Of a stretch of 64,000 nucleotides of DNA, positions 47,026 to 55,525 are shown piece by piece. The stretch comes from Gammaproteobacteria bacterium (GTDB lineage Bacteria > Pseudomonadota > Gammaproteobacteria > UBA4575). The stretch is from the NCBI GenBank assembly GCA_965243395.1, contig CBDEUS010000002.1, forward strand, positions 416,001 to 480,000. The letters run 5' to 3'. Positions within the stretch are counted from its first letter, which is position 1; each line of letters opens with the position of its first letter. The notes beneath the pieces were generated by a model. That model worked only from the letters and a program-made list of their open reading frames with translations, ran no database searches and was not told the DNA's origin. The translations under genes were made by a program, and so were the position numbers.

Positions 47026-47763
47026 ATGATCGTTATTCCGGCAATTGACTTAAAAGACGGTAAATGTGTGCGATTGCGTCAAGGCAGTATGGATGATGTC
47101 ACCATATTTTCTGAAGATCCTGTTGCAGTAGCAGATCAGTGGGTGGAAGCAGGAGCAAAGCGTTTACATATCGTTGATCTTGATGGTGCGGCTTCTGGAA
47201 GTCCTAAAAATCGCGAAATAATTCATACCATTGCAGATAATCATCCTGACTTACCGATACAACTTGGAGGCGGAATTCGGGACGAAGATACTGTACAAGC
47301 ATATTTAGACGTCGGAGTTCAATATGTAATTATTGGCACTCAGGCGGTGAGTGCACCACACTTTGTAAACGATTTATGCTTGGAGTTTCCCGGACATATC
47401 ATTGTTGGATTAGATGCAAAAGACGGCAAAGTTGCGATTGATGGTTGGTCAAAGTTATCTCATCACGACGTAATTGATATGGCACAGCATTTTGAAGCGG
47501 ATGGTGTCGCTGCAATCGTGTTCACTGATATTAGCCGTGACGGAATGATGGAAGGTTTAAATGTTGAATCTACAGCCGAACTTTCTGCAGCTATCCACAT
47601 ACCTGTTATTGCTTCGGGGGGTGTTACAGACGAAAACGATATCAAACGTTTGTGCGAATGTGATGAGGAAGGAATTATAGGTGTGATAGTCGGCAGAGCT
47701 TTGTACGAAGGTACTATTGATTTGCAGCACGCACAAAAACTTGCAGATACTTATCAGACGTAA
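47026..47763 (+). CDS. hisA: ProFAR isomerase
   Basis: [34 protein letters not shown]. Confidence 0.97.
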   Translation: MIVIPAIDLKDGKCVRLRQGSMDDVTIFSEDPVAVADQWVEAGAKRLHIVDLDGAASGSPKNREIIHTIADNHPDLPIQLGGGIRDEDTVQAYLDVGVQYVIIGTQAVSAPHFVNDLCLEFPGHIIVGLDAKDGKVAIDGWSKLSHHDVIDMAQHFEADGVAAIVFTDISRDGMMEGLNVESTAELSAAIHIPVIASGGVTDENDIKRLCECDEEGIIGVIVGRALYEGTIDLQHAQKLADTYQT

Positions 47764-47830
47764 ACATTTCTTATTATTTATTCGTAATTGACAGATGCGT
47801 TTCTGTCAAAACTCATAAAATCAAAAAATC

Positions 47831-48604
47831 ATGCCGCTTGCTAAAAGAATTATTCCTTGTCTTGACGTTGATGCAGGTCGAGTTGTAAAGGGTGTTAAAT
47901 TTGTTGATATACGTGATGCAGGTGATCCAGTAGAAATCGCTAAGCGCTATGATGATGAAGGCGCTGATGAGATTACTTTTTTGGATATTACTGCGAGTTC
48001 AGATGAACGTGAAACGATGGTGCATGTTGTTGAGCGTGTTGCTGCAGAAGTATTTATACCTTTGACTGTTGGTGGCGGAATTAGAAAGGTGGAAGATATT
48101 CGAACCTTATTAAATGCAGGTGCAGATAAAGTCGGCATTAATACTGCTGCGGTTTTCAATCCAGAATTTGTGCGACAAGCAAGTGACAAAGTCGGTTCTC
48201 AGTGCATTGTGGTCGCCATCGATGCAAAACAAGTTAGCGAGCAAAATGAGCCACTAAAATGGGAAATTTTTACTCATGGAGGCCGCAAGCCTACCGGCTT
48301 GGATGCGTTAAAATGGGCTGAGAAGATGCAACAGCTAGGCGCGGGGGAAATCTTGCTCACCAGCATGGATCGTGATGGCACGAAAATCGGCTTTGATTTA
48401 GAACTCACACGGTCGATCAGCGAAGCCGTTGGTATTCCGGTTATCGCCTCTGGAGGTGTAGGCACATTGGCACATTTAGCCGATGGCGTGACAATAGGTA
48501 AAGCCGATGCGGTATTGGCAGCGAGCATATTTCATTTTGGTGAATATTCTATTCAAGAAGCAAAAAGCTATATGGCTGAACAAGGTATTATGGTAAGAAG
48601 ATAA
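47831..48604 (+). CDS. hisF: IGP synthase cyclase subunit
   Basis: [31 protein letters not shown]. Confidence 0.98.
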   Translation: MPLAKRIIPCLDVDAGRVVKGVKFVDIRDAGDPVEIAKRYDDEGADEITFLDITASSDERETMVHVVERVAAEVFIPLTVGGGIRKVEDIRTLLNAGADKVGINTAAVFNPEFVRQASDKVGSQCIVVAIDAKQVSEQNEPLKWEIFTHGGRKPTGLDALKWAEKMQQLGAGEILLTSMDRDGTKIGFDLELTRSISEAVGIPVIASGGVGTLAHLADGVTIGKADAVLAASIFHFGEYSIQEAKSYMAEQGIMVRR

Positions 48605-48605
48605 A

Positions 48606-48926
48606 ATGAACAGCCATCTAACTTTACAACAGTTAACCGATATTCTTGAAAAGCGTAAAACGGCTGATGCGAGTGAGTCTTATGTGGCAAGTTTATATGA
48701 ATCGGGTTTAGGAAAAATACTCGATAAAATCAGTGAAGAAACATCAGAACTTATCGAAGCTGCTAGAGAAGAAGATACTGAGCATATAATACATGAGATG
48801 GCAGATTTATGGTTTCATTGCATGGTGTTGTTAGCAGAAAAAAATCTTAGCTATGAAAACGTGTTAACAGAATTGGATAAACGCTTTGGTGTTTCAGGCC
48901 TGGTTGAAAAGGCACAACGTGAGTAA
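48606..48926 (+). CDS. hisE: Phosphoribosyl-ATP pyrophosphatase
   Basis: SYVASLY, KISEE, EMADLWFH, RFGVSG. Confidence 0.93.
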   Translation: MNSHLTLQQLTDILEKRKTADASESYVASLYESGLGKILDKISEETSELIEAAREEDTEHIIHEMADLWFHCMVLLAEKNLSYENVLTELDKRFGVSGLVEKAQRE

Positions 48927-48968
48927 AGTTTATAAATTATTTAAATGATATGAATAGGAGTAGACGTT

Positions 48969-49157
48969 ATGGGAATTAGCCCTTGGCAGTTACTAATCGT
49001 ACTGGTCATCGTAATATTAATTTTTGGTACAAAAAAATTACGCAGTATGGGCGGTGATATTGGTGGCGCCGTTAAAAATTTCAAGAAGTCTATGAAAGAT
49101 GAAGAAGCCGCAGATGATGCTGATTCTGAATCGGAAGAGAATCCACCTAAAGAATAA
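48969..49157 (+). CDS. tatA: Tat translocase TatA
   Basis: [23 protein letters not shown]...FKKSM. Confidence 0.96.
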   Translation: MGISPWQLLIVLVIVILIFGTKKLRSMGGDIGGAVKNFKKSMKDEEAADDADSESEENPPKE

Positions 49158-49179
49158 GTTTTTTTAACCTTAATTTAGA

Positions 49180-49584
49180 ATGTTTGATTTTGGATTTTGG
49201 GAACTTACCATAGTGATGGTAATTGCATTATTGGTAGTAGGCCCTGAACGCCTACCTGCATTGGCGGGTCAAATAGGAAAATGGGTAGGCAAAGCCAAAC
49301 GTATGATAGAAGGCGTACGTGCTGATATTGAATCCGAAATTAAAGCTGCAGAATTAAAAGAAATTCTCGAAAAACAGCAAAATGAAATCGGTGAACTTAA
49401 AGAGATGCTCAAAGATACTCAATCTGATATTGAGAGAAGTTTCGATGAAGAAGGTGATCGTGAATTAATAGAAGCTGTAGAAAAACATATAGAAGCCAAT
49501 AAAAATACTTCTGAATTGGAAACACAGCAGGAGTTATCTTTAAATACTGAAGCTGAATCATCGCAAAAGAATGAAGTCGACTGA
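49180..49584 (+). CDS. tatB: Tat translocase TatB
   Basis: MFDFGFWEL...VGPERLP. Confidence 0.96.
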   Translation: MFDFGFWELTIVMVIALLVVGPERLPALAGQIGKWVGKAKRMIEGVRADIESEIKAAELKEILEKQQNEIGELKEMLKDTQSDIERSFDEEGDRELIEAVEKHIEANKNTSELETQQELSLNTEAESSQKNEVD

Positions 49585-50434
49585 AGACTCAAAAAAAACT
49601 GAGCTTAAGCAAGAAACGTTACTCACTCATTTATATGAGTTGCGTAGTCGTTTACTCTGGATTGTCGGCAGTGTCATGTTAGTCTTTATATGTTTATTTC
49701 CTTTTGCTAACACATTATATGAGTACTTAGCCGGACCTCTGATGGTACATATGCCGGAAGGCAGTTCAATGGTAGCCATTGATGTTGCCTCACCATTTTT
49801 GACACCTTTTAAATTTGTTTTTGTTCTCAGTATAGTTTTATCTATTCCTCTAATTCTATTTCATGTTTGGGCGTTCATAGCACCTGGCCTCTACAGTCAT
49901 GAAAAACGCTTAGCTTTCCCAATAATTGTATCCAGTTCGATACTTTTTTATGTTGGTATGGCATTCGCTTACTTTGTGGTGTTTCCCTTGATGTTTGCCT
50001 TTTTTACCAAGGTAGCTCCTGAAGGTGTAACGGTAATGACCGATATTGGACGTTATCTAGATTTTGTATTGAAAATCTTCATTGCGTTTGGTGTAGCGTT
50101 TGAAGTGCCGATTATTACATTTGTCTTAGTAAGACTAGGCATGACCTCTGCCGAAAAACTTGCTTCGAAACGTCCTTATGTAATTGTTGGCGCTTTCGTA
50201 GTCGGAATGTTACTTACACCTCCGGATGTGATTTCGCAATTTTTACTTGCGATACCGGTTTGGCTTTTATTTGAACTTGGTTTAGTTTTATCACGTGTAA
50301 TGATTAATAATAACGAATCGAATGAAATTGCTAATCAAACAAGAGAAGAGCCGCGATTCAAAACAGGGACTAAAGAAGAAATGGAAATTGACGAAAATGA
50401 ATTATTGGATGATCCAGATATCAAATCTTCATAG
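49571..50434 (+). CDS. tatC: Tat translocase TatC
   Basis: HLYELRSRL, FIAPGLY, FEVP, TPPDVISQ. Confidence 0.97.
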   Translation: MKSTEDSKKTELKQETLLTHLYELRSRLLWIVGSVMLVFICLFPFANTLYEYLAGPLMVHMPEGSSMVAIDVASPFLTPFKFVFVLSIVLSIPLILFHVWAFIAPGLYSHEKRLAFPIIVSSSILFYVGMAFAYFVVFPLMFAFFTKVAPEGVTVMTDIGRYLDFVLKIFIAFGVAFEVPIITFVLVRLGMTSAEKLASKRPYVIVGAFVVGMLLTPPDVISQFLLAIPVWLLFELGLVLSRVMINNNESNEIANQTREEPRFKTGTKEEMEIDENELLDDPDIKSS

Positions 50435-50467
50435 CTAATAAATAATTCTAAAACTTAATTATTAATT

Positions 50468-52012
50468 GTGGGTAAACAAGCAAATATCCGTAATCGAGCC
50501 ATGCTATTAATTCTTGATGGCTTTGGTATCAACCCTAGTAAAGCAAATAATGCTGTATTACAGGCACACACCCCTAGGCTTGATGAATACTTTTCCCAAT
50601 ACCCACATACCGTTTTAGAAGCCTCTGGAGAAGCGGTCGGGCTGCCTCCGGGACAGATGGGCAATTCAGAAGTGGGCCATATGACCATCGGATGCGGAAC
50701 GATCATTAAACAAGATTTAATCCGCATCAATGATGCTATTGCAGATGGCAGTTTTTTTGAAATGTCGCCTCTTAGGAGAGCATTAGAGAATGCTAAGAAA
50801 AAAGAAGGCTATATTCATATTATAGGCTTGGTGTCTGATGGGGGCGTCCATTCTCATATCAATCATATCATTGCTCTAATGAAACTTTGTCATGAAGTGC
50901 AGGTGCGTCCTGTTTTACATGCGATTACAGATGGCAGAGATACTCCTCCCAAAAGCGCTAAAAAATATATCGAACAAATTAATAAAGTGCTTACAGAAGT
51001 AAACGGATCAATCGCTACGTTGATGGGTCGATATTATGCAATGGATAGAGATCGCCGTTGGGAGAGAACCATTATGGCATGGGAAGCTCTGGTGCAACTA
51101 AAAGGCGAGAAATGCAAAAATGCAGTGGATGCAATCGATAAGGCCTATGAGCGAGGTGAAACGGATGAATTCATTACACCTTCTGTATTAAGTAACGCAG
51201 TGCCAATGACCGCAGAGTCTGAAGTGATTTTTACAAATTTTAGAAATGATCGTCCAAGGCAATTAAGTAAAGCACTCGCTAAACATGATTTCTCAGCATT
51301 TGATCGTGGTTCTAATTTTGAACCGATTAAGCTTACAAAAATGACAAAGTATAGTAAGGAATATTTAGGGCCGGTAATTTTTGCGACACGGAAACCTGAG
51401 ACCAATTTAGCAGAAGTGGTATCCAATCACGGCTTATTTCAGTTTCACTGTGCGGAAACTGAAAAGTATCCACATGTCACTTATTTTTTAAACGGTGGCC
51501 AAGAAGAAGCGTATGAAGGCGAAGATCGTAAAATGGTTCCGTCTCCAAAGGTTGCAACCTATGATTTACAACCTGAAATGAGTGCCGAAGAAGTTGCAGA
51601 TGAAACCATTAAAGCCATTAATAACGAAACCTATGCTTTAATCGTTACAAATTTTGCCAATGCGGATATGGTAGGACACACCGCAAAAAAAGAAGCCATT
51701 ATTGCAGCAATCGAAGCACTCGATGAACATGTCGGCCGTGTACTTGATGCGGCTAAAGAACAAGGACTTTCCGTAGTACTTACCTCTGATCACGGAAACT
51801 GTGATGAAATGATTGATCCGCGCACCAAAGAACCCCACACGCAACATACTACTTATCCCGTACCATGTTTAGTTATTGATAACGGTGCCTGGGATCTTGC
51901 CAACGGACAAGGTTTGAGTACAGTTGCGCCTACACTATTAGAATTAATGGGTATTGAACAACCCAAAGCGATGACGGGTGAGTCATTATTGATACACCAC
52001 AATGGGGATTAA
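50468..52012 (+). CDS. gpmI: 2,3-bisphosphoglycerate-independent phosphoglycerate mutase
   Basis: LILDGFG, GQMGNSEVGH, DGRDTPP, AETEKYPHVT, DMVGHT, SDHGN. Confidence 0.97.
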   Translation: MGKQANIRNRAMLLILDGFGINPSKANNAVLQAHTPRLDEYFSQYPHTVLEASGEAVGLPPGQMGNSEVGHMTIGCGTIIKQDLIRINDAIADGSFFEMSPLRRALENAKKKEGYIHIIGLVSDGGVHSHINHIIALMKLCHEVQVRPVLHAITDGRDTPPKSAKKYIEQINKVLTEVNGSIATLMGRYYAMDRDRRWERTIMAWEALVQLKGEKCKNAVDAIDKAYERGETDEFITPSVLSNAVPMTAESEVIFTNFRNDRPRQLSKALAKHDFSAFDRGSNFEPIKLTKMTKYSKEYLGPVIFATRKPETNLAEVVSNHGLFQFHCAETEKYPHVTYFLNGGQEEAYEGEDRKMVPSPKVATYDLQPEMSAEEVADETIKAINNETYALIVTNFANADMVGHTAKKEAIIAAIEALDEHVGRVLDAAKEQGLSVVLTSDHGNCDEMIDPRTKEPHTQHTTYPVPCLVIDNGAWDLANGQGLSTVAPTLLELMGIEQPKAMTGESLLIHHNGD

Positions 52013-52021
52013 ATTTAATAC

Positions 52022-52801
52022 TTAATCAAATGGATTCCACCAACGTTTCTTTTTCTTCTTAGGTTCAGCAACTTCCTCTTCAACGTTAACCGCTTCAGCG
52101 ATCTGATTTTCCTCGCCGTCACCTGCATAGGTATTAGCAAGGGTTCGAAATGCATTTACTATTCTTGCTACAGAATAATCACTGTTAACGGGAAAAGCCG
52201 TTTTTTCACCATCTTCTTTCCATTCAAAGTTTCGTTGTAATGATCTTCTAACAGTGATTGGATAGGAGTCCCAACTGCGTTTAGGTGTTGCTTCAATACT
52301 GCCCTCTAACAAAACGTAATTTGTACCAAATAATAAAAGTTTTTTACCAGATGAAGACACAATCAAGTCCTTCCGTTGAACTGTAAAATCTACGTCGACA
52401 CAATCTTTAAATCGCTGATCAAATTCTGGACTGTTAGCAGAAGTAACACAGGTTTGAGCTTGATAATGGATGGTTTCAGGCGTTACCTTTAGCTTGGTGA
52501 TTTCACCTCCCGCCTTAATTGTGTTGACTGCCTCTCGTTCTTCCTTAGTAAGGCCGTCTTTTATGCCAGGTGCCTCACCGCCACCATCTTTATAAATAAT
52601 CACTTTTTGCTGATAAGGCGTGTAATCGGGGACCGATTCACTATTTTGTCCAGCACTTGCAGAACAAAGTTGTGTTATCTGATCTTGAGTAAACCCTTTA
52701 TCAAGGTAGAACTGCACATCTTCACGACTACAGTCAGCATAAAGCGTTAGGGTAAGGCAAAAATAGATAACGGTAATAAAGGAGGTGTACTTAAATAGCA
52801 T
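52022..52801 (-). CDS. Secreted hypothetical protein
   Basis: 259 aa ORF with a signal peptide, two Cys pairs and a C-terminal KKKKKRWWNPFD; no family recognised. Confidence 0.7.
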   Translation of the reverse strand: MLFKYTSFITVIYFCLTLTLYADCSREDVQFYLDKGFTQDQITQLCSASAGQNSESVPDYTPYQQKVIIYKDGGGEAPGIKDGLTKEEREAVNTIKAGGEITKLKVTPETIHYQAQTCVTSANSPEFDQRFKDCVDVDFTVQRKDLIVSSSGKKLLLFGTNYVLLEGSIEATPKRSWDSYPITVRRSLQRNFEWKEDGEKTAFPVNSDYSVARIVNAFRTLANTYAGDGEENQIAEAVNVEEEVAEPKKKKKRWWNPFD

Positions 52802-52909
52802 ATGAGAACTTATAAACTAATACGAGATTGGAAAAAGAGTGTAATCGATATTTTGAGGGGCTACCAACGAAGATAGTTCACATATTGAAAGACTATAAAT
52901 CAATAATGC

Positions 52910-52942
52910 AAAAAAATAGGCGTCCGAAGACGCCTATTTTTG
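52910..52942. terminator. Strong rho-independent terminator of the porin gene
   Basis: AAAAAAATAGGCGTC-CGAA-GACGCCTATTTTTG (TTCG loop on the minus strand). Confidence 0.92.
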
Positions 52943-52966
52943 TAAGGTTTGGGTATCTAAACTAGA

Positions 52967-54289
52967 TTAGAACCACTGAACCATACCAATACCAATTGCT
53001 TGGACATCGTCGCCAGCACCTGCGCCAGCACCGTTGATACCAAAGTCATAGGTAGCAGCATCTTCGTTGTCTACTTCAGAGTAGACTAGACGAAGCTCTG
53101 TACCTGCAGGCATGGTGTAGTACAAACCAATGTTGAATGCATTCGCATCTGTGTCGTCCTCAGCACAAGCTGCTGTGTCTTTACAGTCATACTCGTCTGC
53201 ATCCATGTATGAGAAACGGAAATCAAGTGGACCAGGGAAGTTGTGCTTACCTGAAATCATCCAGTGCTCAATTTCAAGATCATTGAATAATGAATCAAAG
53301 TCGCACTCTAGCTCCCATGATAGTTCTTCATACATTGCAGAGATCTGTGTGGTATGTCCATTACCCCAAGACTGAATCCATCGACCAGCAACACGCCATG
53401 CATCATCATCAGAGTCAGTACAAGTACCAGCTGCTAATGGAGCACCAGGCTCTGTAGCATCCGCAGCAATACCAACACCAAATGCTTGGTTTTGATTGTT
53501 TGATGCTGCAGTCCACTCATCATGCTCTTCATAGGTGAAGGCTAACCAAAGGTTGTTATCACCAATGTCGGTAGTGTATGTCACACCAGTTGAGATAATT
53601 TGTGGGTCAAGGTCACCAATTTCGTCACGGTTACCTGCTGTAATGGCAAAACGTGCGTTAAGACCATTCCAGTTTGGGCTCCACCAGTGAATCAAGTTTT
53701 CTTGACGACGGTTAAATGATGTTTCGTAGATGGTGTAGTTTGAGTAGTCAAAGTCACCGCCTAGAGTTGAATCATCAAATGTACCACCGTTGAAGAAGTT
53801 TGATGTTAGACCATGGGTACCCATGATTGAGGTGTGAGAGTCTAGACCCGCATCATAGAATGGGTCTACCCACTGTGCGACCATTTCGTTGAATGGTAAT
53901 AGCCAGATTGCAACACCGATTTCACCCCAAACACCAGAAAGGCTTAATTTAGAGTTACGGTTACACCAGCCAGAACCGCCAGCCAATTGATTGTAAAAAG
54001 TAAATTGCTCACATTGAACATTTGCTTTTACCGCTTGGCCGCCAACTGAAACACCAGTGTCGATGCTTGCCGCGAAACCAATGTTTGCAGCGTTGCCATC
54101 GATACGATCGAAATCACGATCTTCACCAGCATCGACATCAACATCGATGAAGTTCCATGAATAGTTTTGCCATCCATAGATCGTCCAGTTTGAATTAGCG
54201 TTACCGCCACCAACACCACCGGCGATTGACGCTAAAGGCGTCACCGCAAGCGCTAGTGCAGCAGCAGCTCCGATAAGTTTAGTTTTCAT
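52967..54289 (-). CDS. Major outer-membrane porin (Gram-negative porin family)
   Basis: Signal peptide MKTKLIGAAAALALA; mature start WTIYG; RNSKLSLSGVWG; WWSPNWNG; C-terminal GIGMVQWF; strong RBS GAGGAG and its own terminator. Confidence 0.88.
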   Translation of the reverse strand: MKTKLIGAAAALALAVTPLASIAGGVGGGNANSNWTIYGWQNYSWNFIDVDVDAGEDRDFDRIDGNAANIGFAASIDTGVSVGGQAVKANVQCEQFTFYNQLAGGSGWCNRNSKLSLSGVWGEIGVAIWLLPFNEMVAQWVDPFYDAGLDSHTSIMGTHGLTSNFFNGGTFDDSTLGGDFDYSNYTIYETSFNRRQENLIHWWSPNWNGLNARFAITAGNRDEIGDLDPQIISTGVTYTTDIGDNNLWLAFTYEEHDEWTAASNNQNQAFGVGIAADATEPGAPLAAGTCTDSDDDAWRVAGRWIQSWGNGHTTQISAMYEELSWELECDFDSLFNDLEIEHWMISGKHNFPGPLDFRFSYMDADEYDCKDTAACAEDDTDANAFNIGLYYTMPAGTELRLVYSEVDNEDAATYDFGINGAGAGAGDDVQAIGIGMVQWF

Positions 54290-54498
54290 GAAGATACTCC
54301 TCTTCGTTAACTAAGGTTAAAAGATAAAAAGAAAAATACTCGAGTAATTTTCCTAAATGAGATTCGTCATAATTTTTGGTAACAACCTTAGTCTTTTGAT
54401 TAAAACTTTAGGTGCTTCCCTCCCTCTGAACGACAAATCTCAATCTGAAATGGGTCGATGTATCCTTACAACAACCCACACAGACCAAACACAACAAA

Positions 54499-54686
54499 CG
54501 TTGTATTTGTGCGACAGATTGCCTTTAGATGGGAACCAAGTCAATAAAAAAGTGTTGCAATTAAGCAACATTACTAAAATATCTGGTTACTTTTGAAGGA
54601 TGAAAGCGACTTTGAAGAAATCTTAAGCCCAAAATATTGTTGTATATGCACAACAAAATACTCACTAGAGTTGTAAGTCATTGATA
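54499..54686 (-). promoter_or_regulatory. Porin upstream regulatory region: repeated TGTTG-N8-CAACA palindromes, promoter and IHF site
   Basis: Palindromes at 54553-54570 and 54638-54655, degenerate copy at 54499-54516; minus-strand TTGACT-17-CAATCT; IHF consensus at 54674-54686. Confidence 0.5.
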
Positions 54687-54905
54687 AATGATAATTTCAC
54701 GAAAATGATACTAACAAACTTAGGCGTTTAGTTTTGAAACTGGATCTGCACGTAAATTGAAAATGTTCTCCTGTTCATATGCAAGATTTTATGAAAGCTT
54801 AGAGTAGTTTATCCGTAAACTTTCTGAACTGATCTGAAATATCCACTTCTGTACGACATGCTTCTATATATTAAGCCAGTCAACAACATTGAATGGACAA
54901 CTAGG

Positions 54906-54974
54906 ATGTCTGTGAATTTACTCATTGCCCTTTTTATATTAGTTGTGGGCGCAGTAATACTAATACGTAACTAA
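54906..54974 (+). CDS. Putative small single-TM protein (22 aa; 38 aa if started at 54858)
   Basis: MSVNLLIALFILVVGAVILIRN*; GGA 8 nt upstream; below the ORF-track cutoff. Confidence 0.4.
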   Translation: MSVNLLIALFILVVGAVILIRN

Positions 54975-55043
54975 GCTCAAACTATAAGGTAAAATAATTA
55001 CAATTTGATGCACATGGAGTGATACTTCTAATTCTATGAATAA

Positions 55044-55454
55044 TTAATGAGAGCGAGAAGTAAAGTTATCAATTGGCATAAAATTCAATTTTTCTTCGGC
55101 TTGGAATTCGCGGTCAAATATTAACTCAATTCCGATTTCACCATTTTGCTCGACCGCTTTTAACTGCTTCAGGTCAGGTAAGGTATGTGCTAGATAGGCA
55201 CAGGCTGCCGCAGCAATTGTTTCTTCATCATTTAGCAAAGCTGATACTAGATTAGCACTTACAAATTGTATTTTTTGTTCAAAATTAGGATTATTAATTA
55301 ATTGGTCTCCAAGCTCTAAACCTAGATCAAGTTTTTCTTCCATAAGTTTTAAGGACTGTTGTTGTGCATCAGAAAGCTCTTTTCCTCTATCATATTCAAG
55401 AATGGGATTACCATTTACTTGAATAACTAGAATTTCTGACTGATTTTTTTCCAC
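55044..55454 (-). CDS. Hypothetical cytoplasmic protein
   Basis: 136 aa ORF with protein-like composition (LEYDR, AAACAYLA..LPDLKQ); no family assigned. Confidence 0.7.
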   Translation of the reverse strand: MEKNQSEILVIQVNGNPILEYDRGKELSDAQQQSLKLMEEKLDLGLELGDQLINNPNFEQKIQFVSANLVSALLNDEETIAAAACAYLAHTLPDLKQLKAVEQNGEIGIELIFDREFQAEEKLNFMPIDNFTSRSH

Positions 55455-55525
55455 GGATCAAGTAAAAATTTTTGCTAATAATCAAACTTAAAGGTTGATT
55501 TATAATTCAATAAACTTGAATTTAT

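Noticed and set aside
54357-54596. 79 aa ORF upstream of the porin
   Set aside because: It overlaps the porin promoter and UTR, has no RBS and does not look protein-like.
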